NCBI RefSeq assembly: GCF_006345805.1
Contig: NC_042998.1
Coordinates: 71,114,001-71,178,000, forward strand
DNA: 64,000 nt
Direction of reading: 5' to 3'
Source: Octopus sinensis
Taxonomy: Eukaryota
Part shown: piece after piece, positions 39,018-53,060 of the stretch
Numbering within the stretch: the stretch's first letter is position 1
How the letters are laid out: the number at the start of each line of letters is the position of its first letter
Program-made: the position numbers and the translations under genes
Notes under the pieces: model-generated
Told to the model about the DNA's origin: nothing
The model's input: the letters and a program-made list of their open reading frames with translations, nothing else
Databases searched by the model: none

Positions 39018-39588
39018 TTATATATTTATATATTTGTATGTATGTATAAAAAATAATAATATCGTTTGAGATCGAATTCAGATGAAACAATTGTAAATTG
39101 ATGTACTCTCGCTCCACTCCTCCAATTTGTGTGTGTTTGCGTGTGTGTATATGTGTGTGCGTGTGTGTGTATGTGAGTATGTATATATATATAATATATA
39201 TATAAATATTTGTGTGTGTATGTATATATATATGCATATATATATATATATAAATGTCTGTGTGCATGTGTATGTATATATATATGTATATATATATGTG
39301 TGTGTGTGTATGTATAAACATATATATATATATATATGTGTGCGTGTGTGTGTGTGTGTATGAATATGTATATATATGCAAATGTCTGTTTATATGTATG
39401 CAAATGTTTCTAAGTGTGCGCGCGCGTGTTTCTGTATCCCTATATGCGCAAGCGTGTGTGCTTGTGTGCATACTGTTATTCGTTCGCAGATTATATTATA
39501 TAATTGTCATTTTCATCATCAATGTCATTTTTATAGACCAGATATAGAAAACATATAGATCCTATTAAACCTACAAAACGGCAAGATA

Positions 39589-39662
<74 letters not shown>
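38725..39662. repeat. Cluster of (TACA)n, (CA)n, (TA)n, (TG)n and (TTA)n microsatellites
   Basis: Seen directly; (TTA)n at ~39591-39662. Confidence 0.9.
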
Positions 39663-40384
39663 TTTGTTTGAAATTTATTTAATGATAATATAATTACGTA
39701 TTGATAAATGACCATGCACTCAATATGCATTGTCATTACATTATAAATGACAAGAACATTTTGGACATATTGGGTGATTAGCGTTTACATAGCTTTATTG
39801 GTGAAGGTGGAGACTTTGTTGAAATGACTCTTTACTTGATATATAGTTGGTGATTAGTATATTGCAGAAATTATCAGTTCAGGAAACACGCGGATCGGAC
39901 GAACAAGTGCAATATATTTTAATCAATATCTAAATTTAATTATGTCCACGCGTATTAGATCGATTAGTTAGTGGGTATATTGTTGGTATATAATTAACAA
40001 TGAGTGCAGCTTGTCTTTCTCTCAGCAAGAGGTAATATTGATGCAATTGATCGGGACTTGGTTCTATACTCATTCGGCGCATTTTCCCCCATTATGTGAC
40101 GTTTATATTGATTTATATTGTTACAAACGCATTAAACCTGCATAAAAATGAGTAAATCACTTTCGATATTTCATCATTTCAAATTGTTTCTGAGACAAAT
40201 GTTGAATCAAATATAGGGAAATAGATAGATATAGATAGATACATTGATATAGACATACATATATACAAACATACATGCATGTATAAATATATATACATAC
40301 ATATGTGTGTGCGTTTGTAACAAAACTAAAGCACGCAGAGTGAAGCCGCTTGGCACAAATTGACCTTGATCTCTGCTGTGCATG

Positions 40385-40600
40385 CGCACTAACTTTTAAC
40401 GTTCTAGCTCACCTCCGCTGTTTACAACACTGCTTAGAAGGAAGGTGTGTAGCGTATGATCGTCGCATTGACCATGACAGAGGAATTTGAGCAGACAACC
40501 TGCATCAATTTTTGCAAAAAGCTTGGCGATATGTGCGCAGAAGCCTACACAAAATTTTCAATAACTTCTCATCGTTCTCGACACAATCACGGAGATCTTG
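40385..40600 (+). mobile_element. mariner transposase N-terminal remnant
   Basis: 'MTEEFEQTTCINFCKKLGDMCAEAYTK' resembles the mariner N-terminal pattern EQRxxIKFCxKLGxxxxETxxxL. Confidence 0.55.
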
Positions 40601-40724
40601 TGCAACTAAAACACGAATCCCCACGTCCCCCAAGTTACACTTGTAAAATTTTCATATAATTATTAGTATAAACTTCAAACTTAGCTCCATTCTTGGTTTC
40701 TTGAAAATAACAGCAATGCACTTA

Positions 40725-40860
40725 TTTCTATGCATATGGGTGCATGTCGATAGAAGATTGCTTTCCGACTACATGATTCCGGTTTCATTCTTACTGCGTG
40801 GCGCCTTGGGCAAGTGAGTGGGTTTGGTAAACGGAAACTGAAAAAAGCCTGTCGTATGTA
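40725..40860 (+). mobile_element. SINE family B, degenerate 5' half
   Basis: 'actgcgtggcgccttgggcaagtg...tttggtaaacggaaactgaaaaaagcctgtcgtatg'. Confidence 0.7.
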
Positions 40861-40968
40861 TGTATGTATGTATGTATATATGTATGTATGTTTGTATGTA
40901 TGTATGTATGCATGTATGTATGTATGTATGTATGTATGTATGTATGTATGTATATGTATGTATGTAGG

Positions 40969-41017
<49 letters not shown>

Positions 41018-41032
41018 ATATACATACATATA

Positions 41033-41186
41033 TAGGGAGAGTTTACGAAAAAACAAAAGACGAAGACATGTGGTGTACAAAACAAACAGATGTATTAATA
41101 TAACGCTCAGGAATAGAAAAAGTCTTTTACGTTTCGAGCCTACGCTCTTCTACAGAAAGGGACACAGAAAAAACAAGGAGAGAAAT
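41033..41186 (-). mobile_element. Short (TA)-flanked repeat with a hammerhead-like motif
   Basis: The minus strand reads CTTT-CTGTAGA-A-GAGC-GTAG-GCTC-GAAACGTA-AAAG. It shares 'cgctcaggaa' and 'acgtttcgagc' with 21946-22085. Confidence 0.55.
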
Positions 41187-42399
41187 ATATATATATAAAT
41201 ATATATGTATGCATGTATGCATGTGCGTGTTTGTATGATTACGTTTGTCCTCCACCACCGCGCTTGTCTAGTATATTCACTTACTCTCCATTACATATTC
41301 ATGGACAATCAGAATTTCCACTGGTTTCACAAGAAAAATATTTTTAAAACCATTAAACTAGATTAGTCTTCCTGTACAATTTTATATCATTGAAAATAGA
41401 ACGTATATGCATATTAGTAATCACATAGATTCTTCCTTCCTTCATATAGTTCCTTGGTACTTGAACTAAAATGAAGTACACATTAAACACAGAATTTCGA
41501 TCGTGTTTTTAGTAAGCAGTATTTAAAATTTTATGTTATCCATTTATTTTGATTTTTATGCTTCCTTTCTATCTAGAGCTAAAGTTTTATTTTGGAATAC
41601 TGAAATTATTTGTAGACATCTAGCTAAGATAGTTCTACAGCAAATCTGCAACACTCATTATTCATAGTATGAATGAATTACATCGTTTATTAACGTTTGA
41701 AATTTTAAGGATTCTCTTTTCATGTTTTCAAGTTACATACACATACACATATATACACACATACATATACATACACACATACATTAAAAACGTCCATTTC
41801 ACACACACGCAGACGCACGTTCCTACGCCATACACGCATCCTCCATACGAGCGCTCATGGACATGTGTACACCTGCATGTGTAAACACACACATAATCAT
41901 ATATCCACACTCATAATCGTTTTAACCCCGTATTTATCATAATGTTTTAGCCTTATAAATTGTAAACAAACAATATCTATTTGCTATCAGTTACTGTAGT
42001 ACTTCATAAAAAATAAATTCCTTCAAATGCAATATCTTATAGATGTTTTCATAATAGGATTTCTCTTTATCCCTATATAGTTCAAAGAGCTACCTTTGGC
42101 GAAATTTCACCGTCACTATTACCCATGGCGAATAAACATTGAACTCTTCTGCTTGTATTCATTATCAAGTTCTGTTTTGATATAAATATACATATATACA
42201 TACACATATATACACATACATACACTTACATACAATCAAAAATACCTACGTACATATACATATATATAACTAGACATAAACATTCCCATACAGACATGTA
42301 TAACACCCACATGCACACACACACAGAATCATGTATGTAGATATAAATGTGAATATAAATATAAACTTATATATGTATATATATATATATTATATATAT

Positions 42400-42437
<38 letters not shown>

Positions 42438-43429
42438 CAAAACATACACATACATACATACATACACTCATGTCTCTGTGAGTGTTTGTCTCTTTATAGA
42501 GAGACACAGTACGTGAGATGACACTTTATTTTTTACGCATATACGTTACATCAATTTCAATAATCTTTTTGTAATGTCTGCCATTTAAAAATCCACTTAA
42601 AATGTCCCCCATGAAAAATATCTTAAACATATTTATTGAATCATGTTGTGCCAAAGATAATTTCAAGTTGACATATTTTTTTATACACTAGTAATCTTTA
42701 AAACAATCTCCAAAAATTCTTTTTCGAATTTTTCTTTTTTATATTTTCAAAATATACATAGCTTATAGTGTAGTACCTGGCAAGTAACATACGTATATGT
42801 AATGAGCTAAAAAAGAAAGAAACATATAATTGAATCTTCCATTGTAATTTTATAGACAGAAGATATGTGTCTATGATAATTTCTGAGAGACCCACCTCGA
42901 ATATTTCTTATTTCTCACAGCCTCTTAGCGCATTATGTAGAGACAAGTGTTTTAAGTTCAGCATGCTTAAAAATCGCATTGTGCATTTAAATATACACCC
43001 AGCAGTGGAACAGACTCAATGCAGTCGCAATACATGCTAAAAATAGCAGCCATGTTTTAGAAACTACTGTATCTTTTTTACAAGAAATAGTTACACGAAA
43101 GAAAGGAGTCTTAGGTAGTCATAAAAAGTGGTGAAATGGTCATGAAGGGAAATCCATTAATCATAGTTCTGTTGGACCACATCTCATTTGGAGCTGAAAA
43201 TCTCCCAAAGTCTGACCATTAAGAGCGGACATATTTTCTTCATACACCGAACTTCAAAAGAAAGGCGAGACTTGTGTGACTGTGAAATATGTTTTAATTT
43301 CATTATGTCAGAGATAAACTTTGACAAATCTGATAAAGTCACTTTCTTGGATGCACTTTGAGCACAATGTATAGGTCATTGTCGTGAGTTCTGGTTGTGG
43401 GCGGATCCAGTACATTGAGATTGTAGGGC

Positions 43430-44070
43430 GTGACATGTTCAATACCGGGTGTGCCGTCCCTGGGTATTCAAAACGTTATAACGTCGGTATATGGATTGTA
43501 TGAGGCGGTTCACAAAAGCCAGTGGACCTGTGCTCATACGCTGAGGAAAGCTGCCTCCAGTTCCACACGAGATTTTCGGCCGTCTCTGTATTTCATCCCA
43601 CAGGTGTTCACCTGTCTTCAAATCCGGTCTGAGAGCCAGCCACTGCTTGGCTCTGATATTGTGCTGACGCAGGAAGTGCATGGTGACCCTGGCTATGTGG
43701 GTGGGAACATTGTGCTGCTGGAATATGGTGATGCGCGAAGAAGGACAAAATGTGAGGTCTTAGGATCTGGTCAACATAGCGTTGCGCTGTGAAGCCATTC
43801 ATCCTGCCTGCAGCAAAAGTTTGGCACACATGAGGCCCAATTCTCTGATTCAGGCCTATAACACCTCAAACCATGATGCTTTGGCCACCCCACACGTCTC
43901 TCTCCATGATACATGTGTCTCTGTAGCGTTCACCTCTCCTACGCCACACCCTCACTCTTACATCCGAGGGGGAAACGCAGTACCGTCTCTCGTCAGAGAA
44001 GACTATCGACCTCCATTGTTGATGCCGCCAATGTTAGTGCTGTGTAGCCCACTGTAGTCGTGCCTACTTT
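43430..44070 (-). mobile_element. Tc1-family transposase remnant (catalytic domain)
   Basis: Minus-strand fragments 'WGGQSIMV*G', 'FTAQRYVDQILRPHILSFF' and 'MHFLRQHNIRAKQWLALRPDLKTGEHLWDEIQRR' (cf. WPAxSPDLNPIEHLWD). Confidence 0.75.
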
Positions 44071-45008
44071 ACCACCCTAATTTCAAACGGGCAAGTAGCA
44101 TCGATGAAGCAACAGACTGTTTCTTAATTTTTGAGTATGACAATGTCTGTCTGAAATGTATTTGCTTATCCACTTGAATTTCCATATCATATATAAACTT
44201 TCCAGGCTCGACTTGAACGACGTGATCTGTTTTTATGGTTACATCACGTTTGCACATTTCCAAATCCGAATTACTTCATAGATTTGCCAAATATATATAT
44301 CCAGTTTGAAATGTCTCCAATTTTCATGTAGAGTCTGAACAGGCTTCTACCATTCCGTAATAGTTTGCGTGACTGTCTCTTTCTTTCCACTGCATATTCT
44401 AAATGCAGCAGAAAACTCTTAGCTATTTTCTTCCTGATGTATCTTGTTCTGATTGCTTGATTCTAAGATTAAAACGTATACGCAGCTAAGTTTAAAACCC
44501 ATATCTCTTTCAGCAAAACTCATTTAATTCGGATGTTGAATTAACTTTTGATTTTGTTACATTAGGTAAAAAAAAAAAAAATCTTTTTCTTCGTAATTAT
44601 TTCTATTCGTGTCGCTGCTTTCTAGCTGCGACTGAAAGACTTTTCTTTCATCACTTCAACTGCAATCTCCTTTCTATGTACTGCAATGAAAACGAAAACA
44701 CCACGTCACACTCAGCAATATGCTTGCTTGCATTTTCTACCTCTATTTCAACAGTTTTCCACATTTTATCAGTCTCCTTCTTATGTTATTTATAGAGAAA
44801 TCATTATCGTCGTCGTCGTCGTTGTCCTCATCGTCAGCATCGTCATCGTCGTGGTTGTTGTTGGTATTTACGTTATTGTTGATTAGCTTTATACAAGCTG
44901 TTCCAAGCCCTACCAGAGACCTCAAGTAATAGCAAATTAGACCTTCTACTGTGAGTGTTACTTATGATTGTAAGGGAAGGAGATCAGAGTCTGAGAACTC
45001 AGATTCTG

Positions 45009-45424
45009 TTACTCTATTACTCTATTACTCTATTACTTGTTTCAGTCATTTGACTGCGGCCATGCTGGAGCACCGCCTTTAATCGAGCAACTAGACCCCG
45101 GGACTTATTCTTTTGTAAGCCCAGTACTTATTCTATCGGTCTATTTTGCCGAACCGCTAAGTAACGGGGACATAAACACACCAGCATCGCCTGTCAAGCA
45201 ATGCTAGGGGGACAAACACAGACACACAAACATAGACACGCATACATATATATACATATATACGACGGGCTTCTTTCAGTTTCCGTCTACCAAATCCACT
45301 CACAAGGCTTTGGTCGGCCCGAGGCTATAGTAGAAGACACTTGCCCAAGGTGCCACGCAGTGGGAATGAACCCGGAACTATGTGGTTGGTAAACAAGCTA
45401 CTTACCACACAGCCACGCCTGCGC
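45009..45424 (-). mobile_element. SINE family B, full length (tRNA head, internal microsatellite, (AGTAAT)n-like tail)
   Basis: Colinear reverse-complement homolog of 51081-51516, with a B-box-like GGGTTCATTCCC. Confidence 0.9.
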
Positions 45425-46239
45425 CTATTTGTAGTATTTAAAATTCGAAAGAGTTTTGAGAGAATTAGGTATTTTCAGCTTGATAATGTTTTTCTTAGGA
45501 TGTGGGCAGTGCGAAAACGTAGCGAAAGCATAGCGAGAGATCCCTCTTCTGAGTATATGTACAGTTACAATCAAGGTGAACAATTACTATTCTGAAATCT
45601 ATTTGTATCAGAAACTCCTTTATTTTCAGTGATATCGAAACCTACGTAAAAATGACACAGTGCATATCTCGATGATATTCTTTAAATATAAGTTTTGCAT
45701 TCATAAGGCGGCGAGATGGCAGATTCGTTAGCATTTCGGACAAAATGTTTATCGGTATTTCTTCTGGTTGTTAAGTTTTTAAGGAATTTCAAGCGTATGG
45801 ACAGATTTTTAGCAAATTCATGTGTATGGACAAATTTTCTTTTATCGAAGTGGAAGACACCACCCTCTCACAGACTTTGTTTAATTACTCTACACTTGCC
45901 ATATTAATTATTATTTCGGTTGGCAAAGAGGATACCACGCTTAGTTTTCATTTCTTTCTTTATTTCTGTCATTCTTCCTTTCTTTTTCCTTTTTTATTTA
46001 TCATTTTATTTACTCGTCCTACCTTTTCTGATCTCACCTTTTGTATTCACCTTCCTCGCGCATTTTCTCGTGTTTTCTCATAGAGCAGTACCTTTATCGA
46101 TTTTTGAAAACAAGACCAGTCGTATGCACTTTTAACCTGGAACGTTGCTTGAAGACATGATATGCATGATATATAAATTATGATGTTTCCACAGCATGAA
46201 ACTATTAATAGCACATATCTAAATTCGCTGCCTGTATAT

Positions 46240-46258
46240 AAATATATATATATATATA

Positions 46259-46332
<74 letters not shown>

Positions 46333-46360
46333 AAGAGAGGGACAGAGAGAGAAAGAGAGA
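46240..46360. repeat. (TA)n-(GA)n microsatellite
   Basis: Seen directly in the sequence. Confidence 0.95.
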
Positions 46361-47389
46361 TCAACATATGCATTCGCATTTCTATACTGTACTATATAAC
46401 ATATTAATAAATTTCATAGCTGACACACTGTTTTACGGTGAATATAAACATTGTGTTTATGTAATATGCTAGTAGATAGAAAAAGAGGGAAGACTTTTAT
46501 TAGTTGCCATCGACAGCTGTTTACTTTCCTAATTCATCCAGAAATTGCTTATAAAACCATCAATATTAGGAGCCAGAATAGTTTGTTTAAACCAGTTGGC
46601 ATATTCAGCACTTTTCTTGATAGTGAAATTGAATATTAAATTACTGGGGTTCTAACGATGCTTCGTTCCATTGATATAATAAACTACAGAATATATCTAT
46701 AGAATGTATATAAAGTACATACTATAATAAACTGCATATTTTAATAGCCGTCTCGAACGTAAACATTACATTTGTGGTATTTAAATATAGCCATGAAAAT
46801 AGTCATTGTTAACACACCGGTAATTTAATGTTCAATATCGCAGCCAAGAGACCTGCTAAATAAACAAATTAGTCTACCCAACTTACCCTGGCTCTGATAT
46901 TAATTGGTTTCTGAGGAATTTGTTTCTATAGAGTTAAATAAGTTTCACAGCTGCATGTGACGATTGAAACAAGAGTCGAAATGCACATATTGCCCAGGGC
47001 ATACTGCCTAGACGCAGTATGTTTTGGACAACTTAAGGTAGACATACACATTTTCAAATTCTCCCCCGCACTCACACACTCACACAAATGAACTTACACA
47101 TAGACACAGACACATATATATAAGGAGAGAGAAAGAGAAAGAGGGAGAGAGATTACACACACACACAAATATATATATGGATATCTATGCAACAATCTCT
47201 CATTATATACTTTCATAAGCTCACACACAACTGCACACATACGTTTATTATATTATACTATTACAAAAAGAGTCGTGACAGTGACCAGTCACCAGTTTTC
47301 TTGTAATATTGTGCGCTCTTTCTGTTTCATGTAAAATCGTTTTTACTATAACTTGACAGAAAACAAAACTTAGTATATTCACACAGACT

Positions 47390-47480
47390 CTCTCTCTCTC
47401 ACTCTCTCTGTCTCCCTATCTCTCTCACACACACACACAAGCGCGCACGCGCACACACACACACATACACATACACACAT

Positions 47481-47513
<33 letters not shown>

Positions 47514-47535
47514 TACACACACACACACACACACT
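47390..47535. repeat. (CT)n-(CA)n microsatellite
   Basis: Seen directly in the sequence. Confidence 0.95.
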
Positions 47536-48259
47536 TCTGCTTAGAGATTTCCAGTCACACATTTCTCTTCAAAGCATGGATAATCCCCGATGTATACAAC
47601 AGAAGACTGGTGCCCCGTGTGCTGCAAATTGCTGTCTAGTCTGACAGCCGTGGTTGGCAAGATAATTTCGTAACTGCACGAATTTTCGTGCTTGTGTTGC
47701 TAGTTTTGCTGCGGTTCCTTACAGCAAAATTTGTAACCTTACTACTTCACTGTCTAACTTAGTGTGGTTGGAAAGCACTATATCAGTGACCCAACAGGAA
47801 TGAACGTACGTGACAGTCTGACGGTAAGCGTTAAGTATGAATACTTCTCAAGTGACAGCTAATTACCAGAGTGAATACCAGAGGCAGTTCCTCTTCTCAA
47901 TTTAATGAATTTCAGCCACTCATCGCAGACAAAAGCGACAGCAACTAGACAGACTTAAATTTTAGAGATTTTTCAGCTTTTGCCAGCAGAAAATGGTGAT
48001 TAGGCCGGTTTGGAGAAGGAGGAGATTTTAAACAATAACTATAGCGACAAAGACGACGTGAACGGTGACGATTCTGTTGTTGATGCTGATGATGGTGGTG
48101 GTGGTGGTGATAATATAAAACTCATTCACAACAATATCATCATTATTGTCAACACCACTGAAAAACCTCAGCTTTATTAAAAGTAATAATAATATTGATT
48201 TCTACAATTAACAAATTTTCTGAGAGGAGGGAGTTATATTCGACTACACCAAGCTCAAT

Positions 48260-48380
48260 ACATAACTGGTACTTCATTTTATCGATCCGGTAACTAGGAA
48301 AGGTAAAGATGACCTACGCATGATATAAACTCGGAATTTTAAATAACACAAAGCATGTTCTCCGTGGCTCTGATGATTCT
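48260..48380 (-). mobile_element. Degenerate SINE family A/alternative-tail fragment
   Basis: 'taactggtacttcattttatcgatccgg..ggaaaggtaaagatgacct...aactcggaat' resembles the reverse-complement central domain. Confidence 0.5.
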
Positions 48381-48599
48381 ACTATGTTTCATCCCAGGTC
48401 ATAATATTAGGAGCTCAAATTATAATTCATAGATTGAATCTTTTAATATTAGTGAAGGCAAAAATATACTTTGTGGGGATCTGAATAGGTATTAATGGTG
48501 GTTAGTATCGGCAATTAATGTGAATAAGTAGTCCATTGTAGAATACATTAGATTTTATTAGATGGTAAAAATAGAAATTAATGTTTCGATAGGAACACT

Positions 48600-49226
48600 T
48601 CATTAAGGAGTATGATATTTATTGTTGGTAGCAACGACATACTTCGGAATAGTGTCCGTGAAGAATAAGAGAGGCGAAAATGGCATGATAGTAAATATGT
48701 GATCGGAGAAAGAAATATATGGCTCTCTAAGTGAGAGATAATCAAAGAAAACGCAGAGGGTTTTGAAAACTGAGGACTAGTGGGTCTAATGATCGAGGAA
48801 GACTATTACTTGTTAACCAACGGTAGTCGTTATGAAACTGCGAAGGGATATCTCATAGTAGATGGTCAGGTAAATTGCTGGGAAATATTAAAAGCAGGAA
48901 GAGCTGTGCATTTGAAAAGCAACGGAAGAAGTGAAAATCAGCAGATGGGTTGAAAATATGTAATGGGAGCTGCTAAATTGCAACACACTAAAACATTTAG
49001 AAATAGCAGTTCAAGTCTTTAGGCGACTGAATTCCTGGAGTAAAGATAAAGTATTTTTCTCCTCTAGGGAATGTAGGGCAAGATGTCCCTGGACACACTG
49101 AGGTGCATGATTAAATTTAGCTAGCTTAATGTTTTGAGAGTACTCAAGTGCCATTACAGAAATGATCTTTACGGCAATCGTTTCTAGACATGGCCTGAGC
49201 CTATACTAGTCGAAACCTATCAAAGG

Positions 49227-49283
<57 letters not shown>

Positions 49284-49488
49284 ATATATATATACTCTCT
49301 TTTACTCTTTTACTTGTTTCAATCATTTGACTGCGGCCATGCTGGAGCACCGCCTTTAGTCGAACAAATCGACCCCAGGACTTATTCATTGTAAGCCTAG
49401 TACTTATTCTATCGGTATCTTTTGCCGAACCGCTAAGTTACGGGGACGTAAACATACCAGCATCGGTTGTCAAGCGATGTTGGGTGGA

Positions 49489-49532
<44 letters not shown>

Positions 49533-50680
49533 AAATGTGGAATACTTTTTGTGGTTGAGCCACCCGCTAGAAATACCACTAGATCTCTCTCACATCCTAT
49601 CCTGTATTATTAGCAAAAAAATGATCTGTTGGATAATATCTATTTAGGATCTACGTAGTTGGAAAAACTACAATCGTGACGGCAATGTCTTTTATCGTGT
49701 GTCTAGTTTGATCAAGACTGAGCTAGGGCTAAAAGGAACTACGACAACTGCATGAGCGTCACTATAAAAGGATCAGTTTTAAAACAGCAAACAGATTTGC
49801 ACGCTCGAAATAATAATCCCTAAATTTGCAATATTGCTTTACATTTGATGAATAAGGCATAGGTGAAATTGTATTGCCTCTTAACGATGACTGAGATATA
49901 CTCCACACGAGCAGAGGTCAAGATGAGAAAAGAAAGGGGCTAAAATATTGATTGCGGTGGACTGAGAGCGGCAATGCCCCTTTTCTCTCACATGCCATCC
50001 CCTGTATTATGATAATAATTGATAACGTTTAAGAATTTATGGAAGTGGTCTAAAGTCCATGAACTGTCCAAGATGAATAATGTATTACTGGTGTTTTAAG
50101 CGGTCAAAATGGGGTTTATCCGAAGCCTTTTTGGAGTACGTCACTTGAGAGGCTTCTTAGAGAAAGACTTTTGAGGCCCTACCTCTACATATCCAGATCG
50201 AGAGGTCACAGCTTCGTACCACGGGGTTGTGATTGTAATATCGCTGGAAAGAATTGCCTGACGGATTCTTCATACTAAGCAGACCTGACTTGAAGGAGAC
50301 CTATGAATAGGCCGAGATCGGAGTGGTTGGACATTATCCATACTTTCATTTGCTCGCGCTTGCGAATTCATCTTCAAAGGCTATTGATAGTTGTTTCTGA
50401 TAGGATAATATTGAGAAGTTACATGAGGACCTATCCAACGACCTTTCCAGAAGAAGAGTGAAGATGTTTAGACGGATGGTGCTTAAACACCCTGGCTGAG
50501 GTATGAAATCCAAGTCTAAATTAACGTCTCTGAATTACAAGGCCGCAGAGCTGAGGCATACTAGGACTTTTCTTTAAAAAATGATCTTGTTTATTTCAAT
50601 AACCGATACACATTAAGATCCTTCACCATATGCCATATGAAGACCCGCATGGTACGGCTCCTTTCTCGATCATATTCATG
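48600..50680 (-). mobile_element. Highly decayed CR1/L2/Jockey-like LINE remnant, interrupted by a SINE at 49.2-49.5 kb
   Basis: Manual minus-strand translation gives 'IHRSPSSQ' and 'ITTPWYEAVT' (50.1-50.4 kb), then 'PYIP*RK...*TAISKCF' and 'LPDHLL' (48.8-49.1 kb), in EN-then-RT order. The matches are weak. Confidence 0.35.
49284..49530 (-). mobile_element. SINE family B, 3' half
   Basis: 'tacttgtttcaatcatttgactgcggccatgctggagcaccgcctttagtcg...', matching 45009-45230. Confidence 0.9.
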
Positions 50681-51080
50681 TGATTAAGTGATTAGCCTTT
50701 CTGGGTTAGCCGCACGAACAGAAAATTCTGGGAAAAGTAATATACAAAGAAATAATATTTTTCTTTTTTAAGTTTTAGCTCAGAGCTGCGGCCATGCTGA
50801 TGCACCGCCGTTTTGTGCTACACTGTTATTACTAGGAGCCTCCTCTAATATATGGCACTTGATGAAGAATGGAAAATAATGAATAGAAATAGAAGAAATA
50901 AAGCATTCAGCTACAAATGACACAGAAAATAATGGAGATATTAGATAGGTTAAAAAAGGCAATAAAACTAAGACTGTGTTGATAGAAAATTGCAGTGATT
51001 ATGCGTATATAAAGATATACGCACGCTCACATTCACACATACATGAACACATTAATATATACATACTCGTATACATAAAT

Positions 51081-51237
51081 GCACTTGGCTGTGTGTTAAA
51101 AAGCTTGCTTCCCAACCACATGGTTCCGGATTCAGTCTCACTGCGTGGCACCTTGGGCAAGTGTCTTCTGCTATAGCCTCAGGCTGACCGAATCCTCGTG
51201 AGTGGATCTGGTAGACGGAAACTGAAAGAAGTCTATC

Positions 51238-51272
<35 letters not shown>

Positions 51273-51516
51273 TGTGTGTTTGTGTGTGTGTGTTTGTGCG
51301 TGTGTATGTGTTTCCGTGTCTGTGTATGTCCCCCAATCACTTGACATCCGATCTTGGTGCCTTTACGCCCCCGTAACATAGCGGTACGGCAAAAGTGGAT
51401 GATAGGATAAGTATTAGATTTACAAATAAGTCCTGGCGTCGATTTGTTCGACTAAAGGCGATGCTCCAGCATGGTCGCAGTCAAATGACTGAAACGAGTA
51501 AATGAATAAAAGAATA
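51081..51516 (+). mobile_element. SINE family B, full length
   Basis: tRNA-like head, internal (TA)/(TG) tract, and tail 'ctaaaggcgatgctccagcatggtcgcagtcaaatgactgaaacgagtaaa'. Confidence 0.9.
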
Positions 51517-52449
51517 TACAAATACACACACAAAAGCACGTACGCACTAACTTATATACATATACGTATATATATCAAATTCTGAAGTGCCTGTGGTATT
51601 TATTCTTAAAGGTTTATTACGGGATACAGTTAAAGATTCTAATCCTCACTACTTTCGTATATTAATTAAATATATTAATCAAATTTAATAGATTCATGGG
51701 ACATAAAATCTAAGACGTTGTCACTTGTATTGTACAAACTGATCGTGGGCAGTAAAATGGGTTTCCCACGGCCTGCACTATTTATAGCTTTTTAACATTC
51801 TTCAGCAAGCCATACCTCTTCATTTTACAGCCACTGCGAAATTAAATGCAGCGACATTATTGCTGCATTCATACACTAAATCTAGTGTGAATATGAGCCA
51901 CATTTTTGGCTATTTTCTTACGTAAATTACTGACAAGACAGCAGTGAATAACTTTCATACTAGAATTCTATGAGTATACCAAATGATTTTACCCTCCAGT
52001 ACGTTTGTAAATTAATTATTTAAATTGATTAAATTTACTAGATACGTGAGATAGTCATAAACGCCTGTCATCTTTATTATGGAATCTCACCTTGGACAGT
52101 AAAAAGGGTTTGAATCAGCAGTGAAGTCTCTGGTTTTTCATCAACAGTAGCATACCCTCCATTTACAGCCACTTCGAAATTGTATTTGAAGCTACTAGTT
52201 TTATGCTTATCACGAAATAAGCTAGACTTTCTTGAATAATAGATACTCTACTGTTATAATCCATATAACTATACCAATTATACCTGGTATTGTTATATGC
52301 ATAGAAACAGTAGCGCCTGATGCCATTACGAAGTATCTTCAAATGCAGACGATGTGTGTGAAGGTTGGGGTCGTGCGCTGATGAAATATAATAACCTAGA
52401 AACAGCGTTGCACAGTCGGATCCCTACAGTTCTGTAAATCACAAATTAA

Positions 52450-52640
52450 ACAATTAGGCACAAGGCCAAAACTTTGTTGGGAGGGATTAGTCGATTACAT
52501 TAATTGCACTCCAGGACTGATTTATTTTATCGACCCTGAAAGGAAGAAATTGAAAGCCGACGTTTGCGCGATTTGAACTCAAAACTGAAGGCAACACCGC
52601 TAAGCATCTTGTCTGGTGCGGTTGCATATTCTCCCAGCTC
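52450..52640 (-). mobile_element. Degenerate SINE family A variant (alternative tail)
   Basis: 'taggcacaaggccaaaact..gggaggg..tagtcgattaca...tttatcgaccctgaaagg...tttgaactc'. Confidence 0.65.
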
Positions 52641-52749
52641 ATCGTCTTCAACAATAACAACAACAACAAAAACAACAGCAAAAACAATAACAACAACAAC
52701 AACAACAACAATACCAATATGAAGTAACAGTGATGTGGTATGGACATGT

Positions 52750-53060
52750 ACCAAGTAAAGTTATGCAGGAGGATGGAAAATTAACAATACTCTGGGACTA
52801 TGATTGTTAGATGGATCGTGTAATTGAACACAGTCGGCGGGATATTGTCATATTGAATAAGAGAGACAAATACTGCCACATCATTGATGTAGCCGTACCA
52901 AATGACATGAATGTTGTGAGTAAAGAGGTTGAAAAAATCACCAAGTACTCGGAATTGAAAGTGGAAATGTCAAGACTGAATGGAAATGCGTGAGGGTAAT
53001 GTAAAAGTGATACCTATAGTGATCGGAGCGCTGGGATCAATCCCATTGAAACTTTAAATA
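52750..53060 (+). mobile_element. R4/Dong-type LINE, restriction-like endonuclease fragment
   Basis: 'ILWD..MDRVIEHSRRDIVILNKRDKYCHIIDVAVPND...KITKYSEL...VIPIVIGALG'. Confidence 0.8.

Noticed and set aside
39785-39835. 'IGEGGDFVEM' resembling a mariner C-terminus
   Set aside because: It is too short, and it lies upstream of the N-terminal remnant at 40.4 kb, which is the wrong order for one element.
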